Assembly: GCF_009914755.1 (NCBI RefSeq)
Contig: NC_060930.1
Strand: one strand, 5' to 3'
Source of the DNA: the human T2T-CHM13v2.0 reference genome, Homo sapiens
DNA: 64,000 bases
A program made the position numbers and the translations under genes. The notes under the pieces are model-generated. The model was given only the letters and a program-made list of their open reading frames with translations. It did no database searches and was not told the DNA's origin. This document shows positions 41,057 to 54,247 of the stretch, piece after piece (within the stretch, counting starts at the first letter, position 1; every line of letters begins with the position of its first letter).

Positions 41057-41063
41057 TTTTTTT
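41057..41063 (+). terminator. Pol III terminator (T7) of tRNA-Ile
   Basis: Run of 7 T beginning 9 nt after the tRNA 3' end. Confidence 0.85.
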
Positions 41064-44000
41064 AATGTTCATCTTACAGCAACAGTTGTGTGCAGTGATA
41101 TCAAAAGTCACGGGAGAACAAGAAAAGAAATGTATATGTACTCAGTAATCTACACAGACTTTAATGCTTGTTTCACAGTAACAACCGTGTGCAGTGATAC
41201 AGACAGTCACAAGAGAACACGAAAGTAAATGTATTTGTACCCAGTAATCTTGATGGGACGTAGTTCGCTGAATCGTAGGGTTGCGTTTCCAGTTTAGTGT
41301 TCCTGCAAGAGCAGATGATGCAGAGAGCTGAGATTCCAGAAAGAAATTGAAATCCGGGAGGAACGTGAAAAACAGGCGAAAACACGGAAATAAGGACCTG
41401 GGCTTTTCATCCTTTTACGATTTCCAAAGTGTACAAATCTTTCTCTGTCGTGACTAACTCCTGATGTGGGCTTTCCTAACTGTGCATCTGCTTACTTCCT
41501 GCAGACCTGTCCTTGGCTTGTGCAGGGTAAGTAAAGCCTCTCAAGAACTCCCATTTTTCATTTCTATTTCCTCCCTTTTAGCTTCCCACACTCAACTCGA
41601 GAGATACTGGACTTAAGGAAATGTCCCATAGAGCGCTGAGCCTTTCACCTCCTCTTTGCTTGTCTCACGGCTTTGTTAGACATGAAACCATCTTCTGGAA
41701 AATGTCTTCCCTGACACCTCTCCTACTTTTCTGAGTTTGGGTTGCTTTCCTCCTAGCACTCACGGAGATCCAGGTACGCATTTGTTTTAGCGGCATTCAC
41801 CATGTTGGGATTGTCTGTTGCTTGGCCATCTTCTCCATGAGATCATAAGCTTCTTGGGGGTAGGATGCTTATTGCTAAATACTTTTAAAAGTCTGCATGA
41901 ATCAATGAAGAGTGAGGGATATGTGTGCAGGCATGATGGAAAGAGTGTCTTGTGGTCCAAATGGGCTTCACGGGCCTGTAGAATCCATGCTATCGCAACA
42001 TAGTGCATTTTGGTCAGACGAACAATAGGCTACACTATATGGTGATTGGTTCCATTTCACTGAAGGTACCTCTAAGGCTCTGAGTGGCTCTATATGCCCC
42101 CCAGGATTGGATAGTGGTAAACGACAGAGCATGCGCAATAGATCCAAAGTCAGGAAAGGTCTGAAATGTTTAACTTTGCTGAGGCTGAGAGACAGGAATG
42201 AACCCTCTTCCGCGATGGGAATTTCTACTCCACTGATCCATAGTAAATAAAACAGTGAGCCAATGCACCTCAAACCTGTATTTTCTACTACATAAATGTG
42301 ATTGGTTTTGACATTTTCAAAATTCAAGTGATCAGAATGATTTAGAACTAATGTTTACAAAACTATAATTTAGGAAATCCTTAGCTGTAAGCAGATACAC
42401 CTACACAGAATAAAGAGAGTGATATACCCTTTACTTCAGTGTCATTTATAACACTGGGGTAATAATACTTGGGGAAGCTGAAAAACGATATTGTCCGATT
42501 TACGTAAAAATTAAGAAACATTCAGTATAATTTCTGGCACATAGTCCTGAAAAAGTCCTTGTATGCGGAATATTGTTCACCTTTAAGGAAAATGCTTTCA
42601 AGGTCTGAGGAGAGATATTAATGCATTTCTGTTGCTACTGGCTGTTTTGCTCATGCAGTTGTAGCAACAAGCTTCTGTGAACATGAAAATGAAATAACGC
42701 TTAAAAAAACAAAATAGATGGTGGAGGAACACAATAGGGATGCATAGTAAGGTATGATTTTCTAGACAAAAATTGATTTGTACAAAAGAATGTAGTAAAG
42801 GATTTGTACCTGATTCTTTTTTATATACCCTTTGAAGCTTATTTAGCTTATATTCGAAAGCCTCAATTGTCTTCTTTCTCCCAGAAAGATTGTTTCTCTG
42901 TACCACGAACATTCTGGTCAGATTCTCTGCTTAAGCATCTTGACCTCTTGAGCAGTCATCTTCGTACTGAGACCCCGATATATGCCCAAATGATGCCCTT
43001 CCATAGGAGGGTTTCTTGCTTTGCTCAAAGAGCAATCAATTTTTCAAGCAATTTAGGGCTCTTTCCTCACCCAGTGTCTATGTGAAAACTTAGAGGGAAG
43101 GGAAGAACACATGCCTGTTCTTTCCAGGAAAAGAATCCTGATGGGTTCTAACCTCAACCTGTAAATCCACTAAGTAAGTTCCTACTGAAGGCCTATGATG
43201 CAAGCTCAATCCAGGAGGCCAGCACTCCACAGGGGGAAGGCAACCAAAGCAGTAGGTAATGTTTACTGAGCACTTACTTCTTTTTGATCAGATCCAACTC
43301 TAGGTGCTGGGATCCACCCAAAGAATCCCACAGTCCTTATTTCCCATGTACAGAAAGAAATTTGCAGTAGACTTTGTTACTGGAAAGCACTACTTGCTTT
43401 TTTTTGTTGTTTTTTAACAAGTATTTTAGAGTCCCTTAAATAAACAGACCATATACCTTTCCTTATCTAGGAATTCCCACTCCAATGCGCGGTCCACACA
43501 CCCATTATTTCTGCTCATCTTCATTCTTCAAGGCCCATTCTTGGTTCTTTCATTCTTATTTGAAAGAATGTAACATGGAGGAATGTAGCAAACTAGTTTT
43601 TCCCTCGGAATTGCACGACTCATTGTCAGTAACTATCTTATGGTTTTTGCTGTTGTGACATTTAGTATGGATGTGTGCTATCTTTCATTAATATCCTCCA
43701 TCTAGTAGTCACTGTTTCCATAAGGAAGCGCAGCCAGTGTGAACTACAGTCCAAAACCTCACATATGCATAGACTGGTTATGTAGTCTAAAGAAATTCCT
43801 GGCTCTGAGTCCTAATTCTGAAGGTAGTGTTAATCTTCAGTCCTTTGGTGTCTTATTCACTTAGGTTCATGCCAAGCTTATGGGGCCCAATGCAGGTCCC
43901 GGGAAAAGGAGGGAGGGATGTAATGCTAAACCTGTTCCTATTTCTACCCACCAGGTTTGTTGTTGTTGTTGTTTGTTTTTCAGGTGGAAGCTCAACAGCA

Positions 44001-44196
44001 TCCATGCCATGGGTGATTGATGCTATGTTTCTCTAATGTTAGCAGTATCTTTTTCTAATGAACTCTCTCCTTGATGATCTCTTGTCATCTGTCTTGGCCA
44101 ATGTCAGTAAGGGGTCTGCATGTAAAAATGCTCATAGGTACTTGAGATGTTCATCTTTTCCTCCTTGTTTGGGTGAATTGTTTCTTTCTTAATTCA

Positions 44197-45718
44197 TTTA
44201 TGCACGTGCACATACATGTATACATAAGTGTGCACATAGGTGCGCACGCACACGTGTAGATGCCTGTGCTTATATGTGTACATACAGGTATGCATACACA
44301 TATGCATTCTCGTGTACATACATGCACGAATGATCGCATGCATGTGTAGGTACGTGTATACAAACCTGATACACAAATAAATACGTGTACAAATGTGTTG
44401 ATGCACGTTTACATGAGTGTACATGCATGTTAACATATGCGTATGCATCTACACATACACGTATACACACATACATGCACACATACATACTGTGTACACA
44501 ATCAATGAATATGCACAAATGCATGCAGACTCACACATGTATTTGTACACGTGCATGTGTGTACATATGCGTGTGTGCACACATGTATGAGTGTATATGT
44601 GTGTATGTTTGTACGTATAGGTGTATGTATACATGTACACAGACGTCTGAATGCATGTGTGGGTACACATGTGCATTTGTATGCACAAGTACGTGTGTAT
44701 GAACATATATGTTTGTGTACATGTATGCATCGTGCTTTTTTGCGCAAACATGTATGTATATATACATGTATTATGTGTGCATGTGTGCATGCAAATGCAC
44801 ATGTGTATGCACATGCATGTATACCCACATATCCATGTACACATATATGTCATGCATGCATGTGTTTGCACACAAATTTTTGTGTGTGCACATGCATGTG
44901 TGCACGCATGCGTGTTGTAGACATGTATGTGTGGATATGCACATGTATGTATGGACACTTCTATTCAGGCATACACACGCTTTCACGTGTGTGTGCACAG
45001 ATGCATTTGTAGGCTGGTATACATGGTGTATACGTGTATGTATATATACATCATTCATACAAACATGTGCATACATGTGCACAATGCATACATGTATGCA
45101 TACTTGTGTGCATGCATGCATACACAAATGCATATGCATGTACATGCATGCGTACACACGTGCATACACACGTACATGGGTAAACACATACACATGTACA
45201 CACATACATGCAGACTTGCTTGTGAGCACATGTCTATCTGCACATATATCTACACACATACATGCATGCATACTCTGTACACAATACATGGATACACATA
45301 CATCCATGCACACACACCCACATGCATTTGCACATTCATGTTTACATATCTTTACACACTCACACATGCACACACGTGTATATACATGTATACATACACA
45401 CGTGAATGTGCAGCTACGTGTGCACATGCATGTACACGCATGTATGCATATGCATATGCATCTGCAAATACACACATGCATACACACATACATATGGTGT
45501 ACATGCATGTATACGTAAACATGCGTGCGTGCATGTATACACATGTATGTGTAGATACCTTTGTGCATATGTTTACATGCATGTATGCATACACATGCAT
45601 GCACGTGTACCCACATACATTTACACATGCATGTGGTGTACACAGACATGTATACATAAACACGGGTGCAATCACATCTACATACACACATGCACCTGTA
45701 GATACATGTGTACATGTT
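44197..45718. repeat. Degenerate alternating purine-pyrimidine (CA/TG/TA) tract, ~1.5 kb
   Basis: Seen directly; gives stop-poor H/T/C/V/M/Y ORFs in all frames. Confidence 0.95.
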
Positions 45719-45719
45719 C

Positions 45720-45889
45720 TGTGTGGAAGACATGTAAAGGGAGAAGAAAAGACACACACACAATATGAGGGTAAACAACGTTTATCCCACGTAAATGTCA
45801 ATGCAGATATAATAAGCAAATGATATAGTAAGCAAATTGAAATAATAAGCAGACTGATATAATAAGCAAATTGCAATGGGAAGGAAAAA

Positions 45890-45935
<46 letters not shown>

Positions 45936-46283
45936 TATACATATATATGTACACTCACCAGACTATGGAGGATTCACCAACAGACCGGGAAGCAACAGCC
46001 TGGGCTCCAGAGTTGGCCACCTGTCTGCCCACAGACGAGGAGAAGTCTCATGAAGCTTCAGCCCAGTCTGGAACCCTAGTTCTTTTTGTAACGAGTTGTT
46101 TGGCATGAGGCCCGGTCACGAGGGCCCTTCGCAACTGAGCTCAAGGATCACAAAAAGGTCAACTTGTTTTTGTGACTGTCTGTTCTTTTTCAGTAACTAA
46201 TGTATAGGAATAGATTGAAATAGAGATTTCTCTGAAACAGCACTGGATGAACACCTCAATGGGTTCACAAACCTGTTCCAGAC
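45720..46283 (-). mobile_element. ERV/LTR-like fragment (family unresolved) containing (TA)n at ~45893-45950
   Basis: Resembles an LTR/leader sequence; minus-strand donor-like CTG|GTGAGT at 45953-45961. Confidence 0.4.
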
Positions 46284-46284
46284 A

Positions 46285-46565
46285 GATTTCCCTCATGCTG
46301 TTCTCATGGCAATGAGTGAGTTCTCCTGAGATCTGGTTGTTGAAAAGTGTGTAACACTTTCCCCTTTGCTCTTTCTCTCGGACTCTGCCATGGTAAGGCA
46401 TGCTTGCTTCTCCTTCGCCTTCCGCCATGATTGTAAGTTTCTTGAGGCCTCCCAGCCATGCTTCCTGTACAGCCTGTGGCACTGTGGGTCAATGAAACCT
46501 CTTTTCTTCATAAATTACCCAGTCTCCAGTAGTTCTTTATAGCAGTGTGACAGTGGACTAATACA
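46285..46565 (+). mobile_element. MST/THE1-type LTR, 5'-truncated
   Basis: ccttccgccatgattgtaagtttcttgaggcctccccagcc...ggactaataca. Confidence 0.88.
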
Positions 46566-47659
46566 GGTGCCAACAAGTTCAATCACTGGCACCAAAATAT
46601 GGGAGATACGGTAGTTAGATGCATGAGAAATGTAAAGGGGAGAAATGGGCAGATTGACTGCCTGAAGTTCCTTCTATATTGGGATTGGCCTGTAGTCCCA
46701 GGGCTTTTCAGGGACAACCAGATGTAGGCCTTTCCCACAAGACAGGTGTGGGAATCAGGAGAGAGGGAGCACTAGCATGAGGTCAACTTTGAGCCAGTCC
46801 CAGTGGGCTATGTGGAAGGATGAATGTAGCTAAGGAAAAAGAAGCAAAAGGAAGCTTTGAGTTTTGCAGTGGCTGGAAAAGCAGTCATAAAGAAGGGGGT
46901 ACAGGAGAGTACATCATCATCAAGGGAAATGCACATGAGAATCCACAATCATGGATCGTATTAAAAAAATTATTCGTATTCAAACAGCTGAATGGAAAGC
47001 ATGACACTGACCAATGACAACACCATTTAAAAGTAAGAACTTTATTATTCTCCCCACCACCCCTCCCTGGCTTTAACTCATCTTCCACCACAATTGAAGC
47101 ACAGAAGTCTCAGAACAGTGGCTAACAAATGGTAGAATGTTAGGCTAAGAAAAGAGAAATGAAATGTTTTCCCTAGAAAACTATCCAAATAGTCATGACT
47201 CAACAGCCCCAGCAGGTAAAGGAAGAGATCTGATCTTTACGTCAAGTTTAAATTTTAGAGTGTTACATGGAGCTCAGCATCTTAACTTTGAGACTGAGAC
47301 TGTATTGCCTGGGATGAGGCATAAAACTGTGTATGTCTTCATATGGAGGTAGGGAAAGAATGTATCCTACTGAATAAGATTAAAATGACACTGGGAGACC
47401 AAAACATATTTTTTGTATTATTAAATCCCAGAGATTGGCCACATTCATATTACAGAGTTTAGAGAGAACTAACTGATAAACTTATGTGGCTATCCCTTAA
47501 TGAGCTTTGTTATTACTATGATTTTTCCCTGTCTGCTTATGTATTATTATGATATCTATATTATGATTTTGTTATGCCAAGTAATGACATCTCAGGGATC
47601 TGTGAGGCAGTACCTCATTTGGTATTCTAACCACATTTGACAAGTACAAAAATGTACAC

Positions 47660-47710
47660 ACCTTAGTCTATTTTGTGTTGCTAAAAGGAACACCTGAGAC
47701 TGGGTAATTT
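47660..47710 (-). mobile_element. MST LTR 3'-end stub
   Basis: ttagtctattttgtgttgctaaaaggaacacctgagactgggtaattt. Confidence 0.65.
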
Positions 47711-48013
47711 GCATGACAATGAGTCATGCAATTCCGAGGGAAAAACTAGTATGCTACATTCCTCCATGCTACATTCTTTCAAATAAGAATGAAAGAATCA
47801 AGAATGGGCCTTGAAGAATGGAGATGAGGAGAAATAATGGATGTGTGGACGAGGCACTGGAGTGGCAATTCCTAGATAAGGAAAGGTATATGGTCTGTTT
47901 AATTAAGGGGCTTTAAAATACGTGTTAAAAAAAAAAAAAAAAAAGCAAGTAGTGCTTTCCAGTAACAAAGTCTACTGCAAATATGAAGGTGAAAATGTAA
48001 ACAACTTTGAGCC

Positions 48014-48296
48014 TGTCATGGTGGAATTTTGTCCCGCCCCACCTGTCATCAAATTCATGTCGAAACCCTAACTCCCAATAGGAGTTCTTATAAGAAAAGA
48101 TGGAAATATGTGTAGAGAGAGAGACCGTGGGAGAATATAGCAAGAAGGTAAGTGACCATCTGCGAGCCAAGGAGAGAGGCCTCAGGAGAAACCAAAGCTA
48201 ACAACCCTTCTAGCCTCCAGAACTGAGAAAATTTTCTGTTGGTTAAGCCACTCAGTCTGTGATATTTATTATGGCAGCCCTAGCAAACTAGTGCAG
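48014..48296 (+). mobile_element. MLT1B-like LTR
   Basis: gccaaggagagaggcctcaggagaaacca...ttatggcagccctagcaaacta. Confidence 0.8.
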
Positions 48297-48689
48297 AGTG
48301 GGAGTTACAGTATCAAAATAAAATATTTAGGAAGATGCATTTATAAGAATCCGGAAGTTTGAGAGTACAGGAACCGGACCGGATAGGACAGTTTGTCCTG
48401 TCAGCTCCTGAGGTCAGGGATGGCTCAATTTCCTCTGAATCCTCAAAGCCTTCAGGTAGCACAGTGCCTGAAATGGAATGTGTCCTCAAGAATTATGTGG
48501 TGGGTCTGGGCACCGCACTTTGAGAACTAATGATTTAAGGTGTTTGTAGGGATGTGAGGGATAAAGGGCCAAGGATGCCTTGGAAATCTAGAACATAAAT
48601 GCCGGGTACATGGCAGGTGGTGAATTACAGTTTGTTGAATGGACCAACGAATCTAAAATTCTATAGCTATTTGCTTAACAAATGAGTGT

Positions 48690-48870
48690 GGTAGTGTGGA
48701 GAGGAAAAGGGGAGATTACATGATCTAGAGGGAGAAAGAGGGCAGCACACTTTTTGGAAAACAAAGTCTGCTTTCAAGATCTGGTTTTGCCCCTTATCAG
48801 CTGTGGATTTAGTTCTGCTGAGCCTCAGTTTCATCAGTAAGATGGGGATAATGATGTATAGATTTATGGC
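48690..48870 (+). mobile_element. MIR fragment
   Basis: ctgagcctcagtttcatcagtaagatggggataat. Confidence 0.6.
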
Positions 48871-49299
48871 AAATAAATAAATAAAGAAATTGGACTAAAT
48901 GAAATTACGGGAATAAAATCTTTAATAGGGTATTTGCAACATAGAGGTGAAGAAAACATGAAGACTCATCATAAAATCAGTTGGTGATATTTTGAGGGGA
49001 CTATCTCAGGTGACATAAGTGGAAATGCAAATTTAAATTAAGAGAGGTAAGTGTAAACTGCAGGCATGTTTGGGAGCTTTTCATTCATTCAACTAGCATT
49101 TAGTGAGAGCCCGCTATTCCAACTAACGGAACTGGACAGTAAATATTGCCTAATATATCTGAGGGGACGAAGATCCAGATCAATAGAAAATGAGATCAGG
49201 CATAATTGTTCAGTACACTATGGCTTCCGAGTGTGCGGTTCTTCCTATGGGCTAAAAAGGATCCTACGCGTGCCTATTGGAAATAATCTTGGAAAACTA

Positions 49300-50300
49300 G
49301 CGACCTTGGGCGAATAAAACTGAAGTACCAAAATAACCCGCCTGGGGAAAGAAATTAGGAAATTCCTGTGGAAGCTGGCGCGCCGTTGCACTTCGTCGTC
49401 TTCTTAGCGCAGTGAGCAGCGCGTCAGTCTCATAATCTGAAGGTCCTGATGTTCGAGCCTGAGAAAAGGCAGCTTTTGCAAGGAACGCTTACCTTCCCGG
49501 TACTTGTTATAGCTGTAACCCATATTCCCTTTACAGCTGGGGTATAATTCCTTCTTTTCTGAAATATCAAGCAAGTGGAATCGTGTCGGGCCCAGAGCTT
49601 CTGTGGGTGCTCGTTTGACACGCGCTCCCGGCTCCGCGCAGTGGCTGTTTCTGGATGAGTCTGGAGACTCCGCCTGCAGTCCTGTGCTGGCTCCACCTTG
49701 GCAGGGATGGAGCTCAGGAATGTTGAGTGGTCCCGAAAAACCAGGTGGAACACAAGACTTCTAGTCCGGAAAAATCCCCCACATGCCTCAAATAGCCAAT
49801 AGCGGGGTAGGGGGCTGAGGTTAGCGGAATTTGTAACCCGCTCACTTGGGAGGCAGCGGCCTGCAGGGTCTGCGTCCGCATCCTCCGGCTTTGCTCCTTT
49901 CTTCCCTCTGGGTGGGCAACAGTCGCTTCCCAGTTGATCATCTGAGAGCTGTACGCCTGGGTGTAGATGTCGAATACATTGATCTTCTTATTTTTATCTG
50001 TTTTTATTTTTATGGTACACAGACGACAGGGAATCATTGGGCATCTTTGAAGTATAAATAAATCAGGTCTGTTTTTCCCCAAAAGGTTCCCATGGCAGGG
50101 GCTGGGTATACCTTGACCGACATCCAACAGACTCTATGTAGGCAATGAGGGAAAACCAAGGAGTGACGAGGGGCGGGAACTCCGAGCAGGTGCTCAAAGA
50201 CGAAGAAAATCTGTGCTGGGCTGGGGTGGTCACTTTCTTCTCAGAGATGCAGAGTGCTACACGGCGAGTGGGAGGGTGGGCTCCCACTCCCTGTTACAGG
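49300..50300. promoter_or_regulatory. CpG-rich region around tRNA-Met
   Basis: Many CpGs (ggcgcgccg, cgcgctcccggctccgcgca) plus CCAAT and GC-box-like motifs. Confidence 0.55.
49398..49471 (+). pseudogene. TRM-CAT: Elongator tRNA-Met(CAT), probable pseudogene
   Basis: GTCTTCTTAGCGCAGTGAGCAGCGCGTCAGTCTCATAATCTGAAGGTCCTGATGTTCGAGCCTGAGAAAAGGCA. The anticodon arm TCAGT-CTCATAA-TCTGA matches the elongator Met family. The D-loop GG is lost, the T stem has a 1-nt insertion and a mismatch, and there is a C6:A67 mispair. T4 at 49474-49477. Confidence 0.85.
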
Positions 50301-51474
50301 AGCCGCTTGGAACTGGGGATTCAACCTGGGAAACAAGGAAAGCCTAGAGAAGCTAAGAAGAGAACCTAGAGAAGCTAAGAAGAGAAGCTAGAAGCATGAA
50401 CGAGAGAATTTTGGGGAACAGATCCGGGCTTGGAGGGGAGACTGCGAAGCGCCAGTCAGCCTAAGGAAGGTTCTGATACCCAGTGGAATTTATAGAAAAT
50501 GAATTCGGAAAGAGAGAAAGAAAGAGAGTGGTGGGCAGTCTGTCCTTAACGAGGCGTTATGTCCGCCTGCCAAGGATCCCATCGTCACTGGTCCTGAATC
50601 TATATTTCATCTGTAACGCCAGTCCTGAACAATAGTCTCAGAAATCCTTCAAACTCATGTGCCACACACAGAACCCGAGACAGTTTTTTCTCTTTTGTTA
50701 TAGAGGCTCCTTGAGAGAGAAATGAATGTACAAAAATATCTCAGCAGAAAGTACTGAAAAGCCATCCCACCCCATCCATTCTCAGAGACTAAAATCAAGC
50801 TAGTCAGAGGAAGGGATTTACAAAGCAGGACCGCACTGTGGGACAATCCCTGCATTTTGGCTTTCCCTCACACCCTCTTCAAATTGAGCCCAAGCCCCAC
50901 ATTCTGAGGATGATACTCAGGACGTGAGGGGGCTCTGAAAAAGGGCTGATCCCTCCGCAAACTCAGGGTGATGCGCACAGCCTGGAGGAAATGAGAAAAT
51001 TATCACAAGTCTTTCAGATTCACAAATGCCATATTCCCTTTGTTTTAAGGCCACGAAGATCAAGTAAGGACCCAAATAACTACCAAACATCTCAGAGAAC
51101 GCTTTGGGCAAGAGTGCGGAGACAATCAATTGCCTTGTTCCCATTACAGTTTGCAGTTATTAATTTCATGGAAGAGAGCACGTCACACCTGGGGCAAGAC
51201 ACAGTAGGAACTGCCAGATTAAGTAGCACAGATATCCCGGAATGTTCTGCGGCTCTTGTATTTTAAGGAAGTTATGATTACTGACTGACTGTTGATGAGT
51301 CAACAGTTGATGAGGAGGAGGTTTTGGGGCTGGCCATTCCAGGCTCCACGTTCACACCACGGCACCACCATTCCTAGGGTGTCTAGACATGTATACTTGC
51401 AAAAATCATGTATATAGAGAAAATGATGTATTTATATGTGAGAGCACTTTTAAGTTTAAAACTTTCAATAAAGA

Positions 51475-51728
<254 letters not shown>

Positions 51729-53443
51729 TAATAAGCACTTTTTTAAATTTTATCATTTTAATTAAATATTTCAGACTTTAGATAGGAAAGGGAATGAGAT
51801 AATTTTTGTTCGTTTTTCCAGGTTGCTGAACAAAATAATTACCAGAAAGAAATCAACATTTAGCTTTAATTTTTGATGCTACAAGACCCCTCTGGAGACA
51901 GTGTTCACGCAGTATCTGGAGAGTGTTGTTTAGGCTCCTGCTTCCTCACGCAGTCCCCTCCAACAATACTGTTGGTCCATTGTGCTTCCCACTGTCCTTA
52001 GTCCATCTCATCCATGAATAGGCCATCAGCTCCCCCAGACCAGCAGCGGTGGGCTTTCCTTTGAAATCTGGAGGGTCTGGAGGGCTGCACAAACTTCCCT
52101 CGACTTCGTTATCTCAGAGCATTGTGATGGAAAAGAAACATCCCATGCAAGTGGACAGCACTAGGTTGTGAACTGGAAGGAAGGTTGGAAAGGAGAGATA
52201 CCCATTACACATTTCACTTTCTTGAACTCAGCAGCAGAGATAAGGATGAAATCAATAGCTTGAGAGAACTAGGACATTTTAGGGCCGTGTTTTGCATGTG
52301 TGTATGTACTTGTTGTTAATAAATTGGTAATAGATCATAAATATGATCTAATATTAACTTTTTTTTCTGATTGTCACCCATACAAAAAAAATTTCTCTTA
52401 ATGGCTGATTATAAATAATAAAGTAAAATCTACAGATTTTTATGTTTTTTAAGACTCTTTTCATCCATAAAAGGTCCCTGGTCTTTCTTTTATGGATATT
52501 ATTTTTTTAAATTGATAGACTTTTTTTTTAAATTGATAGACATTATTTTTTAGAGAAGTTCTGGGTTTAAAGAAAAATTGATCAGAATAGATAGAGTTTC
52601 CATAAACTCCATCATTCTCCCTCTCTTACAATTTTCCCTATTATTAACATCTTGCATCAGTATGGTACACTTGTTACAACTGGTAAACCAGTAATTAGTA
52701 ATACATTATTGTTAACTGAAGTCCACAGTTTACATTATAGTTTGCTCTTTGTGTTATACATCCTGGGTTTTTTTTTTTTAACAAATATATAATGACATAT
52801 ATTTATCATTATAGTATCATAAAGAGTTAATGCCAGTTAATTGTTGAAGGAACTGGGCCTTTTATCCTTAGAAACACCTCTATGTTGTATTTATTTCATT
52901 GTATCTATTTCCTGCCCCTTGACATGTTTTTTAATCTACTCTATTTCTTGTAAACTGGTAGTTACAAGTAGAGGCTCACTTAGATTCAGCTTCAAATCTT
53001 TTAACAAGACAATTTGATAGGTGGGCTTGTGCACTTTCCATTGCTTCGCTTTATGAGGTACATAATGTCTGGTTCTCCAACTTTTAGTCACCAATATTAG
53101 CACTAATGTGTGGTTCAGCTGCCGTTCATAAATACATGTATATATAACTCGTATACTTATGTGAATGTATATATTTATGTGTTGATAAATAAAATGATAC
53201 ACAAAAATTAGAAAATAACATTGAAAGACTGAACATAAAAGTAAACAAGAAGAGATTAATTCTCGAATGCACAGTTTAAAAAGAATCAAAAGTATATCTT
53301 CAAGCTCCTTAGAATATAATGAAAATGGGGACTTATAATGACATATTTCTAAGGATTCTGTAGAAACTGCTTTCTCATTTTAAATTACACCTTGAATACC
53401 CAAGTTACAAAACATTAGAAGAAATCAGTGCATTAAATATAAG

Positions 53444-53447
<4 letters not shown>

Positions 53448-53477
<30 letters not shown>

Positions 53478-53498
53478 AAGAAGAAGAAGAAGAAGAAG
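53448..53498 (+). repeat. (AAG)17 microsatellite
   Basis: Seen directly; paralog of 32537-32854. Confidence 0.95.
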
Positions 53499-54247
53499 CC
53501 GCCCGAAAAAAAAAAAAGAAAAAGAAAAAAAAAGAAAATAGAATGGTGAAGGAAACACAGGAATTAACTAGAAAATTGCAAAATCTGATTGGTCATTTGA
53601 AAAAGGAGTGTAAAATGGTCAGCCAAATGTAAAATAATAATAATAATGATAAGGGGATATGGAGAAAGCACAAAGAAAAACCAAAAACATTAGTGAATGC
53701 TATTATTAAGATTTTAGAAATGTGGCAGGATAATGTTTTTAAGTATTGCTCTGTCTTTGATCTCCCTGTTTCCTTATCTGTTCAAGGCAGTAACCGTATT
53801 TTACAGAACTTTAACTCTACACATGGGGATGAAGCGAGTTGAACACAGTGTACATAGACAGCGTTTCGGTACTCAGGAAGCTCCCACTCTAGGGGAGAGA
53901 AAAACAAACCAGTATCTTAAAGACATACTTTCTGGAGGAGACGATATTTGTGAAGATGTAGTAGGAACTGAGAGATCGTGTGGGCATCACTTTTAGCTGT
54001 ACTTGTCTAAAGACGGGAAATTTGCATTAAGACCTGAGTAGCTAGAAGTGCCAAACCTGTGGCAGGAGTGGAAAAGATGGGAGGATGGAAGCAGGGGCAA
54101 CAAGACTCTTACATGGGGAGCAGTAAAACACGTGCTTGGGGGAGGCGGCAGTTTCCTCTGATCTTCTCCCAGATAAGAGGCACAGATGTCGTCAACAGGA
54201 GAAACAACGGGGAATACAAACTAAGAGACATAAACCAGATAAGAAAC

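Larger units (their letters stand above)
31302..41330 (+). repeat. Tandem segmental duplication, copy A (tRNA block)
   Basis: Colinear with 52188-64000. The offset shifts from 20886 to 22754 through indels, and identical ORF translations appear in both copies. Confidence 0.97.
43360..47982. repeat. Inverted duplication of ~270 bp (43360-43628 / 47714-47982)
   Basis: atttgcagtagactttgttactggaaagcactac... versus ...gtagtgctttccagtaacaaagtctactgcaaat; roughly 90% identity by eye. Confidence 0.93.

Noticed and set aside
44151-46079. Long ORFs (up to 335 aa) rich in H/C/T/V/M/Y
   Set aside because: They arise in all six frames from the stop-poor RY repeat; no domain evidence.
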